DNA of 29,965 nucleotides from Bacteroidales bacterium (GTDB lineage: Bacteria; Bacteroidota; Bacteroidia; Bacteroidales; VadinHA17), in the NCBI GenBank assembly GCA_029935275.1, contig JAOZKQ010000001.1, positions 1 through 29,965 of the forward strand, in the 5' to 3' direction. Of the stretch, positions 8,545-17,910 are shown in pieces; position 1 is the stretch's first letter, and each line of letters opens with the position of its first letter. Below the pieces are notes generated by a model. The model was not told the DNA's origin. It ran no database searches and worked only from the letters and a program-made list of their open reading frames with translations. The position numbers and the translations under genes are program-made.

Positions 8545-9822
8545 ATGAAGTTAACAATTCCAGGCATATTGAAGATTTTTTTGTTGTTTTTTGCCATCGA
8601 ATTCCTATCAGCCGGTCTTAAAGGAAGTCTATTGGCACAAACAGAATTTAGCTCATTGAAATTTATAGATCCTAAGCAGAAAAAAGTCTCTTTTCCTTTT
8701 AATTTTATAAATAACCTTATTATAATCCCTCTTCAGATAAATAATTCCGGTAACCTCTATTTTATACTTGACACAGGACTTAATATTTCAATTCTCACAG
8801 AACTTTCACTTGGTGACAGCCTTTCGCTAAACTACACCAAACAAGTTACAATAAAAGGACTTGGAAAAGGTAATCCTATCAATGCTTTGCATTCGTTTGG
8901 TAATGTATTCCAAATTTCAGGAGTTAAAGGAAACTATATGCATATTTACATTATTCTTCAAAATGTATTTAACCTTTCTTCCATGCTGGGAACCCGTGTA
9001 CACGGACTAATTGGCTATAATCTTTTTAAAGAATTCGTGGTAGAAATAAATTATGAAAAAAGAATCATAACACTACACAGACCCGACAAATATAAAACAC
9101 CGAATAAGAGACGATCAAAAACTATCCCAATTATTCTTGATAAAACAAAGCCTTATATTTACGCTTCCGTTGTGATGGATAACAATGAAGAAGTAATAGT
9201 TAAGCTTCTCATTGATACCGGAGCAAGCCATTCTCTTTGGCTTGATAAAAGCTCAAACAGCAGCATAAAAGTACCTGATAAAGTACGGGAGGCATACCTG
9301 GGGGCAGGCCTTAGCGGAGAAATACACGGGTTAATAGGCAGGGTTAATTCAATAAAAATTGCAGACTTTAAATTTGAAAAACCCATAGTAGCTTTCCCTG
9401 ACTCATCATCTGCAAGTTTCTCATTTGGTTTAAACGGAAGAAACGGAAGTCTGGGCTCAGAAATTCTAAGAAGGTTTGATCTGGTTATTGACTACCCTCA
9501 TAGCCAGATCACTTTAACCCCAAATAAGTACTACCGCGAGCCATTTAAAATTAACCGCTCAGGTATTGAAGTCACTGCTCCCATACCTGAATTCCCTCAT
9601 TACACACTTGCTACTGTCAAAAAAGATTCTCCAGGGTACCTTGCCGGACTTAAAGCAGGTGATATTTTATATTCAATCAACCACAATCTTACTAAATCTA
9701 TGTCAATTAATGATATTTATCAGTACCTGCAAGGGGAACCCGGCAAAAAAATGAGAATTATTGTGATTAGAAACGGTCTTTATTTCCTTACTTATTTCTA
9801 TCTTGAAAAACTTATTGATTAA
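8545..9822 (+). CDS. Exported retropepsin-like aspartyl protease (two DTG motifs) with a C-terminal PDZ domain
   Basis: Hydrophobic N-terminus; FILDTG (DTG at 8770-8778) with GLIGYNLF, LLIDTGAS (DTG at 9214-9222) with GSLGSEILRRF; PDZ signature SGIEV...VKKDSPGYLAGLKAGDILYSIN. Confidence 0.88.
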   Translation: MKLTIPGILKIFLLFFAIEFLSAGLKGSLLAQTEFSSLKFIDPKQKKVSFPFNFINNLIIIPLQINNSGNLYFILDTGLNISILTELSLGDSLSLNYTKQVTIKGLGKGNPINALHSFGNVFQISGVKGNYMHIYIILQNVFNLSSMLGTRVHGLIGYNLFKEFVVEINYEKRIITLHRPDKYKTPNKRRSKTIPIILDKTKPYIYASVVMDNNEEVIVKLLIDTGASHSLWLDKSSNSSIKVPDKVREAYLGAGLSGEIHGLIGRVNSIKIADFKFEKPIVAFPDSSSASFSFGLNGRNGSLGSEILRRFDLVIDYPHSQITLTPNKYYREPFKINRSGIEVTAPIPEFPHYTLATVKKDSPGYLAGLKAGDILYSINHNLTKSMSINDIYQYLQGEPGKKMRIIVIRNGLYFLTYFYLEKLID

Positions 9823-9833
9823 TTTTTATAAAA

Positions 9834-10421
9834 ATGGGGAAAACTCTTTGGAAACCAGGGACTATGATCTACCCACTACCAGCCGTACTGGTGAGTTGTG
9901 GTTCTAATCCTGAAGAATATAATATTATCACCATTGCATGGACAGGTACAATTTGTACGGATCCTCCCATGTGTTATATTTCTGTAAGGCCGCATCGTTA
10001 TTCCTATGATATTATTAAACGAAATGGGGATTTTGTTATTAACCTTAGTACAAAAAAACTGGCTAAAGCTACTGATTGGTGCGGTGTCCGGTCAGGGAGC
10101 AAGTTTAATAAATTCAAAGAAATGGGCCTGAACCCTGAAAAAGCAAGCTACGTAAAAGCCCCACTAATTAAAGAATCTCCGATAAATATCGAATGTAAAG
10201 TTGTAGAAATTAAGGAACTGGGTGTACACCACATGTTCATAGCAGAAGTTCTTGGGGTCCATGCAGACAATAAATATATGAATGAATCAACCGGGGCTTT
10301 TCACTTGGAAGACTCATCCCCTATTTGCTACTCACATGGCAAATACTATGAATTGGGCAACTTAATAGGGAAATTTGGCTTTTCGGTTAAGAAAAAAAAG
10401 AAATTAAAAAGAAAATATTAA
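9834..10421 (+). CDS. Flavin reductase family protein (DIM6/NTAB type)
   Basis: YPLPAVLVSCG, NIITIAWTG, ISVRPHRYSYDII, FVINL, APLIKESPINIECKV, HHMFIAEV. Confidence 0.92.
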   Translation: MGKTLWKPGTMIYPLPAVLVSCGSNPEEYNIITIAWTGTICTDPPMCYISVRPHRYSYDIIKRNGDFVINLSTKKLAKATDWCGVRSGSKFNKFKEMGLNPEKASYVKAPLIKESPINIECKVVEIKELGVHHMFIAEVLGVHADNKYMNESTGAFHLEDSSPICYSHGKYYELGNLIGKFGFSVKKKKKLKRKY

Positions 10422-11749
10422 ACACCATGTCCTTTCCAACGGCCCGACCTTAAGTACAGATACGATAAAACAGCTAATAAACCTCCATAAATATACTCTA
10501 CAGTCCAGATTTGTGCAACTGTGATGTCAAAAAACTTAATAAGTGAATAACTGTATGCCAGATAAATAGAAAGTATCCCGATTTCAAGGGCCAGGGAAAC
10601 ATTTGTTTTTCCGGTTCCTGATACCCCGCTAAACAGTATAAAACCTACAGCAATAAACAGAGCACTTCCACTAACCACATAAAGTACAGGAAGGGCATCC
10701 CGGATTAAAAGCATATTATTAGTATAAATTGACAATACTTTTTCAGGAGCGATCAGAATTAGACCTATAAGCAGAAGAACACTGAAAAAACTTAAATTAA
10801 TCACTTTCTTCAAAACCCTCATGACTTCATCCTCTCTACCTTGCCCTATTACCCAGCCAATAAGTGTATTAGTGGCAGAAGAAAAACCCCATATTGGTAA
10901 CATAATCACCACATAGACACTTCTGATTATATTGGAAATGGCCAGTGCATGTTCCCCCAGGCTTTCTACCAGTACAAAAAACAAGAACCAAACACCAATT
11001 GAGAAAAAATTCTGTAACATCATAGGAGATGCAACTTTAATAATCCTGAAATATAATCGCTTACTAAAAAATTGAAATTTAAATATGCGAAAAGGTATCA
11101 GCTTTTTATCCAGGCGTATATAGATAATAAAAGTAAGCATAGCAGCAAACTCTGCCATAACAGAAGCTATAGCCGCCCCTTTTATACCAAGTTCCGGAAA
11201 ACCAAATTTCCCGAAAATCAACAAATAATCAAACAGGACATTTACCACTGCCATTACAATAGTGGTCCATGAAATAACTTTCGTTCTGCCAATACCAATA
11301 TAAAGTGCACGAAAAGCCATATTGAGATAAGCAAAAAGAATCCCAAATAAACGATATTGGAGATATTCATTTGAAGCACTTTGAATATCCTCTGATTTCA
11401 ATACAAATCCAAGGAATTCCCCTGACACAAGAAATATCAGAATAAACATAAGAATAGCCAGAGGAATAAGAAAGTACAATGAGTGCTCAACAACCAAACC
11501 AATCTCAGACAATTTTTTCTCACCATACCTTCGTGAAATAATAATCTGGGTTCCAATACCAAAACCCCAACCCAGCATAGCTATCGCGAGATAAAATATC
11601 CCACCTATTGCGGAAGCACCTAAGGCAACCTCTCCCACTCTGCCTAAGAAAGCGGTATCGGTTACGGTAATTATGTTTTGTGCCACACTACCAAGAATAA
11701 TTGGCCATGCAACTATCCATATTTTACGATATGTTACTGAAGCTTCCAG
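10418..11749 (-). CDS. MATE family efflux transporter
   Basis: DTAFLGRVGEVALGASAIG, FGKFGFPELGIKGAAIASVMAE, ~12 hydrophobic segments. The frame extends upstream of the track start (GTG 11686) as LEASVTYRKIWIVAWPIILGSVAQN to CTG 11749; an in-frame TGA at 11758-11756 blocks further extension. Confidence 0.9.
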   Translation of the reverse strand: MEASVTYRKIWIVAWPIILGSVAQNIITVTDTAFLGRVGEVALGASAIGGIFYLAIAMLGWGFGIGTQIIISRRYGEKKLSEIGLVVEHSLYFLIPLAILMFILIFLVSGEFLGFVLKSEDIQSASNEYLQYRLFGILFAYLNMAFRALYIGIGRTKVISWTTIVMAVVNVLFDYLLIFGKFGFPELGIKGAAIASVMAEFAAMLTFIIYIRLDKKLIPFRIFKFQFFSKRLYFRIIKVASPMMLQNFFSIGVWFLFFVLVESLGEHALAISNIIRSVYVVIMLPIWGFSSATNTLIGWVIGQGREDEVMRVLKKVINLSFFSVLLLIGLILIAPEKVLSIYTNNMLLIRDALPVLYVVSGSALFIAVGFILFSGVSGTGKTNVSLALEIGILSIYLAYSYSLIKFFDITVAQIWTVEYIYGGLLAVLSYLYLRSGRWKGHGV

Positions 11750-11823
11750 GAAAAATCAGGTTATAAATATTTTATTCTAAACAATTTAACTATAGGGGTA
11801 AAATTACATCTTTTTGCAAAAAT

Positions 11824-13974
11824 CTAAAGATGCTTATCAAAATACAGGCTTACTTTATCCATTAAATTTATCCTGTCCCAGCCCCGTACATTATGAGGAT
11901 GCGTAGGATAAACAAAATAATCAACTTGTTTATTTTGTTTCACACACTCCCGGATAAATGTAAGGCTATGCTGCCATACTACTGTTGAATCCATAGCCCC
12001 ATTAATTAATAATAAATCCCCTTTCAACTTACTTACATAATTTTTCATTTCAGCATTTTTATAACCTTCCGGATTTTCTTCAGGCATATCCATGTATCTT
12101 TCTCCATACATAATCTCATAATATTTCCAGTCAGTTACAGGACCGCCTGCTACTCCCACCTTAAAGACCCCGGGATATTTCAATTTCAAATTAAGGGTCA
12201 TAAAACCTCCATAACTCCAACCATGAACCCCAATACGTGATTTATCGACAAAGGGAAGACTATTCAGGTATGAAATACCAGCCATCTGATCTGCCACCTC
12301 CAAAGTACCAAGTTGACGATGGATACTATTCTCAAAATCGAAGCCCCTTCCCAAAGTTCCACGGTTATCCAGAGTAAATGCAATGTAGCCTTTCTGAGCC
12401 ATATAATGCTGCCACATTCTTGCCCCACCCAGCCAGGAATTAGTAACAAGCTGAGAATGTGGCCCCCCATATACATAAACAATCACCGGGTACTTTTTGG
12501 CCGGATCAAAATCCATCGGCTTAATCAGGCGATAATAGAGCTCGGGGTGTTCACTTGTCTCCGAAATTGAAGAAACTTCAATTTCTCCAAGTGTATATGA
12601 TTTATATGGATTTTCAGCATGCAAAATCTCTTTAACTTTCTTTCCATTTGTTTTGCCAATATTTATTATTCGCGGCTCAGTAATATTTGAATAAGAGTCA
12701 ATAAATAATTGTCCATCCTCACTAAACATTGCAGTATGTGTACCAGAATCAGTGCTTAGCTTCACAATTTTTCCTGTCTTCATATTTAGCTTATAAATAT
12801 GCCTTTCCAGGGGACTCTCTTTCGTTGAAACAAAATACAATTCTTTTTCTTTCAGATTAAAACCATTTACATTCGTAATATCATAGTCACCCTTTGTTAG
12901 TTGCCTGATCAATTCCCCTGAAATATTGTACAAATAAACATGGTTATAACCATCCCTTCGACTTTCGTATATAAACTGATCAGGCTGTGTTTTTAAGAAA
13001 CTTATAGGCTTTAAGGGTTCAACATATTTTGGATGTTTTTCTTCAAAGATAGTCTGGAGAAATTCACCAGTTTTAACACTATATTTATTAAATTTCATAT
13101 GATTTTGCTCCCGGTTCAATACAGCAATATATAAAAACTCATTATCAGGAGACCATGCAATATTAGTTAGATACTGATCTTTGGGTTCTCCGGTCTTTAA
13201 ATAAATTGTTTTCTTTGTACTCAGATTGTAAACTCCAACAGTCACTTGCTCATTGTTCATACCTGCCATTGGGTATCTAATATTTTTTAATGTTGCTACC
13301 CGCTGGGTCACATCAACCAGAGGATAAGGTGTAACCATAGATTCATCTTTTCTGTAAAAAGCTAGCAATGCTCCGTCCTGCGACCAGAAAGTTCCTTTAT
13401 TGATCCCAAACTCATTCCTGTGAACAGTTTGGCCAAAAACAATTCCTTCTTTCTTGGAACTGGTAATCTGTATCAAATCACCTTCCTGATCCTGTAAGAA
13501 CAAATCTGCCCCCTGAGTAAAAGCAATGGTTTTTTGTGAAATATCTGCATTTCCGGCATGCTCAGGCAATTTCTGATACCTATGAATAATTTTCATATCT
13601 ACATCAAACTCAAGAAGATTATTCCCTCTGAAAATCCTAATCATATTTTTGTTAATCCACTTAAATGCCGGAAAATTTTTATACTTAAGCCTTGTATTCT
13701 TTTCCATAACTACATTAATCTCATCCAATGATAATAAAACAGATGGCGTATCAAAAAAAGCCTCCTGCTGCATCAAAGAATCTCCTTTTACCCATACATA
13801 TGAATCAGAACCAGGCCTCCATTGTAGTTGTTTCAATGATTGAATTCTAAAAGTTGTATAAGCCCCAATAATGGCATCTTCTATTGTCAAAGTTTTTTGC
13901 TGGGCACTTACACCAGAAATAAAAAAAATAAACAGAATTATCAGTCTTAATGTAAACATTCCTCTTTTAATCAT
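11824..13974 (-). CDS. Dipeptidyl peptidase IV-like / prolyl tripeptidyl peptidase (family S9B)
   Basis: Signal peptide, DPPIV_N-type propeller (EFGINKGTFWSQDG, YPMAGM), nucleophile GWSYGG, Asp in GAMDSTV and His in HPHNV. The start is moved to ATG 13974 because the track start (14007) lies inside a -7 promoter element. Confidence 0.93.
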   Translation of the reverse strand: MIKRGMFTLRLIILFIFFISGVSAQQKTLTIEDAIIGAYTTFRIQSLKQLQWRPGSDSYVWVKGDSLMQQEAFFDTPSVLLSLDEINVVMEKNTRLKYKNFPAFKWINKNMIRIFRGNNLLEFDVDMKIIHRYQKLPEHAGNADISQKTIAFTQGADLFLQDQEGDLIQITSSKKEGIVFGQTVHRNEFGINKGTFWSQDGALLAFYRKDESMVTPYPLVDVTQRVATLKNIRYPMAGMNNEQVTVGVYNLSTKKTIYLKTGEPKDQYLTNIAWSPDNEFLYIAVLNREQNHMKFNKYSVKTGEFLQTIFEEKHPKYVEPLKPISFLKTQPDQFIYESRRDGYNHVYLYNISGELIRQLTKGDYDITNVNGFNLKEKELYFVSTKESPLERHIYKLNMKTGKIVKLSTDSGTHTAMFSEDGQLFIDSYSNITEPRIINIGKTNGKKVKEILHAENPYKSYTLGEIEVSSISETSEHPELYYRLIKPMDFDPAKKYPVIVYVYGGPHSQLVTNSWLGGARMWQHYMAQKGYIAFTLDNRGTLGRGFDFENSIHRQLGTLEVADQMAGISYLNSLPFVDKSRIGVHGWSYGGFMTLNLKLKYPGVFKVGVAGGPVTDWKYYEIMYGERYMDMPEENPEGYKNAEMKNYVSKLKGDLLLINGAMDSTVVWQHSLTFIRECVKQNKQVDYFVYPTHPHNVRGWDRINLMDKVSLYFDKHL

Positions 13975-14004
13975 TTTTTGTATTTTAAAATTATGAATAA
14001 GGAA

Positions 14005-14012
14005 CAAAAATA
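14005..14012 (-). promoter_or_regulatory. Bacteroidota -7 element (TATTTTTG) for the S9 peptidase
   Basis: Perfect TAnnTTTG 31 bp upstream of ATG 13974. Confidence 0.6.
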
Positions 14013-14333
14013 GAAATTTTATACTTCAATAGGTTCATGAAATACAGCTTATGTACAATTAAGCTTAGCAGTCAAAACTCAAAGATCACTCAAGCCTTCA
14101 TAATACTAATAATCATAAATTTACATGATTTAACCAAATGAATTACTGAATTTATAATATTTGAAAAAACATTAAAAGGACTCAAAATATATTTCAACAA
14201 GTTCAAACAAGGTAAATTTCACTCCTAATATCCTGATTTTATAAGGGGGAAAACCTGAAAATTCACAAACCTTTTCAGAATTCCTCCGTTTAATTGTTAG
14301 ACACCAAAAAATCAGGTTATTCGTTAAAAAAAT

Positions 14334-17300
14334 ATGAGTGAGAAAATACTAAAAGCCCTAATGCAATTATTTGCACTCATTGCCCGTCCTGAGAGCAATG
14401 ATGATGAACGGAGGGCCGTAGTTGAGTCTTTTCTCAGTAAACAGCTAAACAAAGAGCTGGTTATAAGCTACCTGGGTGTTTTTGATGGATATTATCACAC
14501 TTATCAGGAAAAACAAAAATCAGAAAGTAAGAAAAGAAGTATAATTGCAGCCAGTTCTGTAAAAGTGTTGAAAATTGGCACGGAAATAAATGAAGAACTT
14601 GCCTTAAACCAAAAAATCACTGTTTTATATCAATTACTTGAATTTGCCAACTCTGAAGAGGGGAAAATAACTGATCAGGAGCTTGAATTCATTGAAAGTT
14701 TAAGCTCCACATTCAATATTGATAAAACGGAATTTACAGATATCAGAGATTTCATTCTTCATCCTTTTAACAAATTACCACATAGTCCTAATTTATTGGT
14801 AATTGATCATAAAAAGCAAGCTCCTTCAAAGAAGGTAAAATACTTACAAGTACCCAAACTGGAAAACCAGATATGGGTATTGCAAATTGCCTCTGCTAAT
14901 GTTTATTTGCTCAGGTTTTCAGGGAAACAGGAATTATACATTAATAGCCAAATTATTCAGCCTGAAAAAGTTTATGTTTTCAATACCGGTGCATCCATTA
15001 GGGACAGGAAATCAAAAGCCATTTACTATTCTGATATAGTAGGTATGTTCAGGTCTGATGAAGCGGAAGATAAAATAACATATCAGGCACTAAACCTGGA
15101 ATATAAATTCAGTGGTGGGAAAATCGGATTACGTAACATTAGCTTTGAGGAAGAATCAGGGAGATTAGTTGGAATTATGGGGGCAAGCGGATCAGGAAAA
15201 TCCACCTTGCTAAATGTTTTAAATGGCTCAAGTACTCCTTCACGTGGGGAAGTTTTGATAAATGGGATAAATATCCATAAGGATAAAGAAAAGGTTGAAG
15301 GTGTTATAGGTCATGTTTCCCAGGATGATTTACTGATTGAAGAACTTACCGTTTATCAGAACCTTTATTATAATGCCAGGCTGTGTTTTGATAATTATTC
15401 AAATGAAAAAATTATTAAAACAGTAAATCAAACCCTTATCAATCTGGGTTTGCATGAAATAAAAGACATTCATGTAGGGAACCCTTTAAACAAAAAAATC
15501 AGTGGTGGCCAAAGAAAAAGACTCAATATCGCTCTGGAACTAATAAGAGAGCCATCTGTTCTATTCCTCGATGAGCCCACATCCGGACTATCTTCAAGGG
15601 ACTCAGAAAATATAATGGACCTGCTCAAAGAGCTTTCTTTAAAGGGAAAGCTTGTGTTTGTTGTAATTCACCAGCCTTCATCTGATATTTTTAAAATGTT
15701 TGACAGCCTCCTTATTCTTGATACCGGAGGTTTTCCTATATACAATGGAGATCCTATTGATTCCATTATCTACTTTAAAGCAAGGATTCATCAGGCAAAC
15801 TTTAATGAAAGTGAGTGCAGGACTTGTGGTAATGTAAACCCTGAACAGGTATTTAATATTGTTGAATCACAGGTATTAGACGAATATGGAAAAACTACAG
15901 GTACCAGAAAGACATCCCCTGTTGAATGGAATGCCTATTTTAATGAATACTCACCAAGCCTGATAAAGAAACTAAGAAGCGTAAAAAAGATACCTGAGGT
16001 TAGTTTTAAAATACCTAATCCAGCAAAACAATGGCTGATATTTATTAAAAGGGATATACTTTCAAAGCTTTCAAACACGCAATATTTAATAATAAATTTT
16101 CTTGAAGCCCCTTTACTAGCCTTCTTTCTTGCCACATTAATAAAATATTATAATGTAAGTGCCACAAACAAGTACGGATATACTCTTCTTGATAACGACA
16201 ACCTTCCGGTTTACATATTCATGTCAGTAATTGTGGCAATATTCATAGGCTTAACTGTAAGTGCGGAAGAACTTATTAAAGATCGTAAAATACTTAAAAG
16301 GGAAGAATTCCTTAACCTTAGCTGGAACAGTTATCTATTATCAAAGGTCTCTGTTCAGTTTATGATTTCTGCCATACAGGCCATAACTTTTGTTCTAATA
16401 GGGAACAGCATCATGGAGATAAAAGGAATGTACTGGCAATACTGGCTTGTTCTTTTCAGTGCATGGACCATGTCAAACCTCATTGGCCTGGTTATTTCTG
16501 ACAGCTTCAAAACAGTAGTTACCATTTATATTCTAATCCCATTTCTTGTAATTCCTCAAATCATTTTAAGTGGCATCATTGTCAAATATGAAAAGCTCAA
16601 CCCTATTATATCATCACCTGAAAGTATTCCATGGTTTGGTGAAATAATTACTGCAAAATGGGCATATGAGGGTCTTATGGTATATCAGTTTAAGGAAAAT
16701 GATTACGAAGCTCAATTCTACACATTCGACAAAATAAAAAGTATTTCAAACTTTAAAAAATATTATTGGTATAACAACCTTAAAAATAAAACCTTAAGCT
16801 TATCCCGTAATCTAAATACACCCGACAAGAAAGAGCAAAACGAAAATGATCTCCTGACACTCAGAAATGAAATTACACGGGAAATGAATGTACTTAAAGT
16901 TATACCTTTTGAATATCTTGACAGATTGTACCCTGATAAAGTAAACAAAGAAACCCTGGATGCAGTAAAACTTTACCTTGATCGCATAAAAGCATATCAT
17001 ATTCAATTATATAATAAGGCTGATGCAAAAAAAGACAAACTTATAACCAACTTACAAAAAGAAGATAAGGATGCATATTTAAAAAGCACCCGAATATATC
17101 AGAATGATCAGCTTACCGATTTTGTAAAAAATGAGAGTGAAAAAAATAAGCCAATTATTGAATACAATGGCAGGCTCATTCAGAAGCTAGATCCTATTTT
17201 CCTGGATCCTGAAGGGAAATTTATTAAAGCTCATTTTTATGCTCCCAGAAAAATGCTATTTGGTAAATTCTACCCAACCATTTGGATAAATATTATGGTT

Positions 17301-17414
17301 CTTTGGGCAATGACCTTCATTTTGTATTTTATTCTGTACTTCCGCCTATTTAAGAAGTTACTGGATTGGTCCGGAAGTCTGGGCGATAGATTATCTAATA
17401 ATAATTCAGAGTAA
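14334..17414 (+). CDS. ABCG/White-type ABC half-transporter (NBD-TMD fusion) with a TerB-like N-terminal domain and a large extracytoplasmic loop
   Basis: Walker A GASGSGKST (15180-15206), signature ISGGQRKRLNIALEL, Walker B LFLDEPTSGL, H-loop VIHQPS, CxxC (ECRTCG), ABC2-type TM helices (IPQIILSG) and a final C-terminal helix. The helical N-terminus MSEKILKALMQLFALIA...VVESFL is TerB-like by pattern. Confidence 0.85.
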   Translation: MSEKILKALMQLFALIARPESNDDERRAVVESFLSKQLNKELVISYLGVFDGYYHTYQEKQKSESKKRSIIAASSVKVLKIGTEINEELALNQKITVLYQLLEFANSEEGKITDQELEFIESLSSTFNIDKTEFTDIRDFILHPFNKLPHSPNLLVIDHKKQAPSKKVKYLQVPKLENQIWVLQIASANVYLLRFSGKQELYINSQIIQPEKVYVFNTGASIRDRKSKAIYYSDIVGMFRSDEAEDKITYQALNLEYKFSGGKIGLRNISFEEESGRLVGIMGASGSGKSTLLNVLNGSSTPSRGEVLINGINIHKDKEKVEGVIGHVSQDDLLIEELTVYQNLYYNARLCFDNYSNEKIIKTVNQTLINLGLHEIKDIHVGNPLNKKISGGQRKRLNIALELIREPSVLFLDEPTSGLSSRDSENIMDLLKELSLKGKLVFVVIHQPSSDIFKMFDSLLILDTGGFPIYNGDPIDSIIYFKARIHQANFNESECRTCGNVNPEQVFNIVESQVLDEYGKTTGTRKTSPVEWNAYFNEYSPSLIKKLRSVKKIPEVSFKIPNPAKQWLIFIKRDILSKLSNTQYLIINFLEAPLLAFFLATLIKYYNVSATNKYGYTLLDNDNLPVYIFMSVIVAIFIGLTVSAEELIKDRKILKREEFLNLSWNSYLLSKVSVQFMISAIQAITFVLIGNSIMEIKGMYWQYWLVLFSAWTMSNLIGLVISDSFKTVVTIYILIPFLVIPQIILSGIIVKYEKLNPIISSPESIPWFGEIITAKWAYEGLMVYQFKENDYEAQFYTFDKIKSISNFKKYYWYNNLKNKTLSLSRNLNTPDKKEQNENDLLTLRNEITREMNVLKVIPFEYLDRLYPDKVNKETLDAVKLYLDRIKAYHIQLYNKADAKKDKLITNLQKEDKDAYLKSTRIYQNDQLTDFVKNESEKNKPIIEYNGRLIQKLDPIFLDPEGKFIKAHFYAPRKMLFGKFYPTIWINIMVLWAMTFILYFILYFRLFKKLLDWSGSLGDRLSNNNSE

Positions 17415-17650
17415 ATATGTTTTCAGGGATGGAATTTATTATTAAAAATAACTCTAATCTGATTACTGGTTCCACAATGTTTTAAACTGATCTGTAAAAT
17501 TTCTTATACCGAATCCAGGTTATTACGGTTCACTTAGAAAAGTTGTAGATTCAAGTCTTTATATTCTTTCGTAACGGAATTGGTTATATAATTTTTATTA
17601 ATGAATAGATTGATGAATGGAACTTTATTTGTTTTGATCAGTTTATCTTA

Positions 17651-17735
17651 TCTGGCTGAAGGCCAGAGAGATCACAGCACAGGGCAGCGCCCTGTGAGGA
17701 ATCATTAGAATAGTCCATTTACACCCTGTAAGGGT
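17651..17735. repeat. REP-like triple-hairpin element
   Basis: TCTGGC-TGAAG-GCCAGA (17651-17667), CACAGGGC-AGC-GCCCTGTG (17678-17696) and ACCCT-GTA-AGGGT (17723-17735): a GC-rich island in an AT-rich intergenic region. Confidence 0.55.
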
Positions 17736-17853
17736 AGTATAATCAATTTAATATGATTTTGATATAAATTATTTTTGTATTCTATCCTTTCTTTGTCTTC
17801 GAGTAGCCGCTGCGGCGAAGCAAGGCAGAGCGACAGTTAATTAAAGTATAAGC

Positions 17854-17886
17854 AAAAAAAATAGGCTACCCAATATAGATAGCCTG
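17854..17886 (-). terminator. Intrinsic terminator of the siaB-siaC operon
   Basis: Minus strand reads CAGGCTATCTATATTGGGTAGCCT-ATTTTTTTT: AGGCTA/TAGCCT stem extended by G:U pairs, then a U-tract, ~25 bp after the siaC stop. Confidence 0.7.
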
Positions 17887-17910
17887 TACTTTTATTACAA
17901 ATATCAATTA

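Noticed and set aside
13975-14007. Track start for the S9 peptidase (TTG 14007)
   Set aside because: It overlaps a perfect -7 promoter element (14005-14012). ATG 13974 (or 13959) gives a normal signal peptide.
14195-14214. Short direct repeat CAACAAGT / AAACAAGG upstream of the ABCG gene as a response-regulator site
   Set aside because: Only 6/8 identity in AT-rich DNA and two copies; not distinguishable from chance.
3918-14345. Identical MSEK N-termini of the LRR protein and the ABCG protein
   Set aside because: Four common residues with no further similarity; coincidence.
17415-17910. CRISPR array or tRNA in the GC-rich patches of this gap
   Set aside because: No equally spaced direct repeats, and no cloverleaf with T-loop GTTCRA or D-loop motifs.
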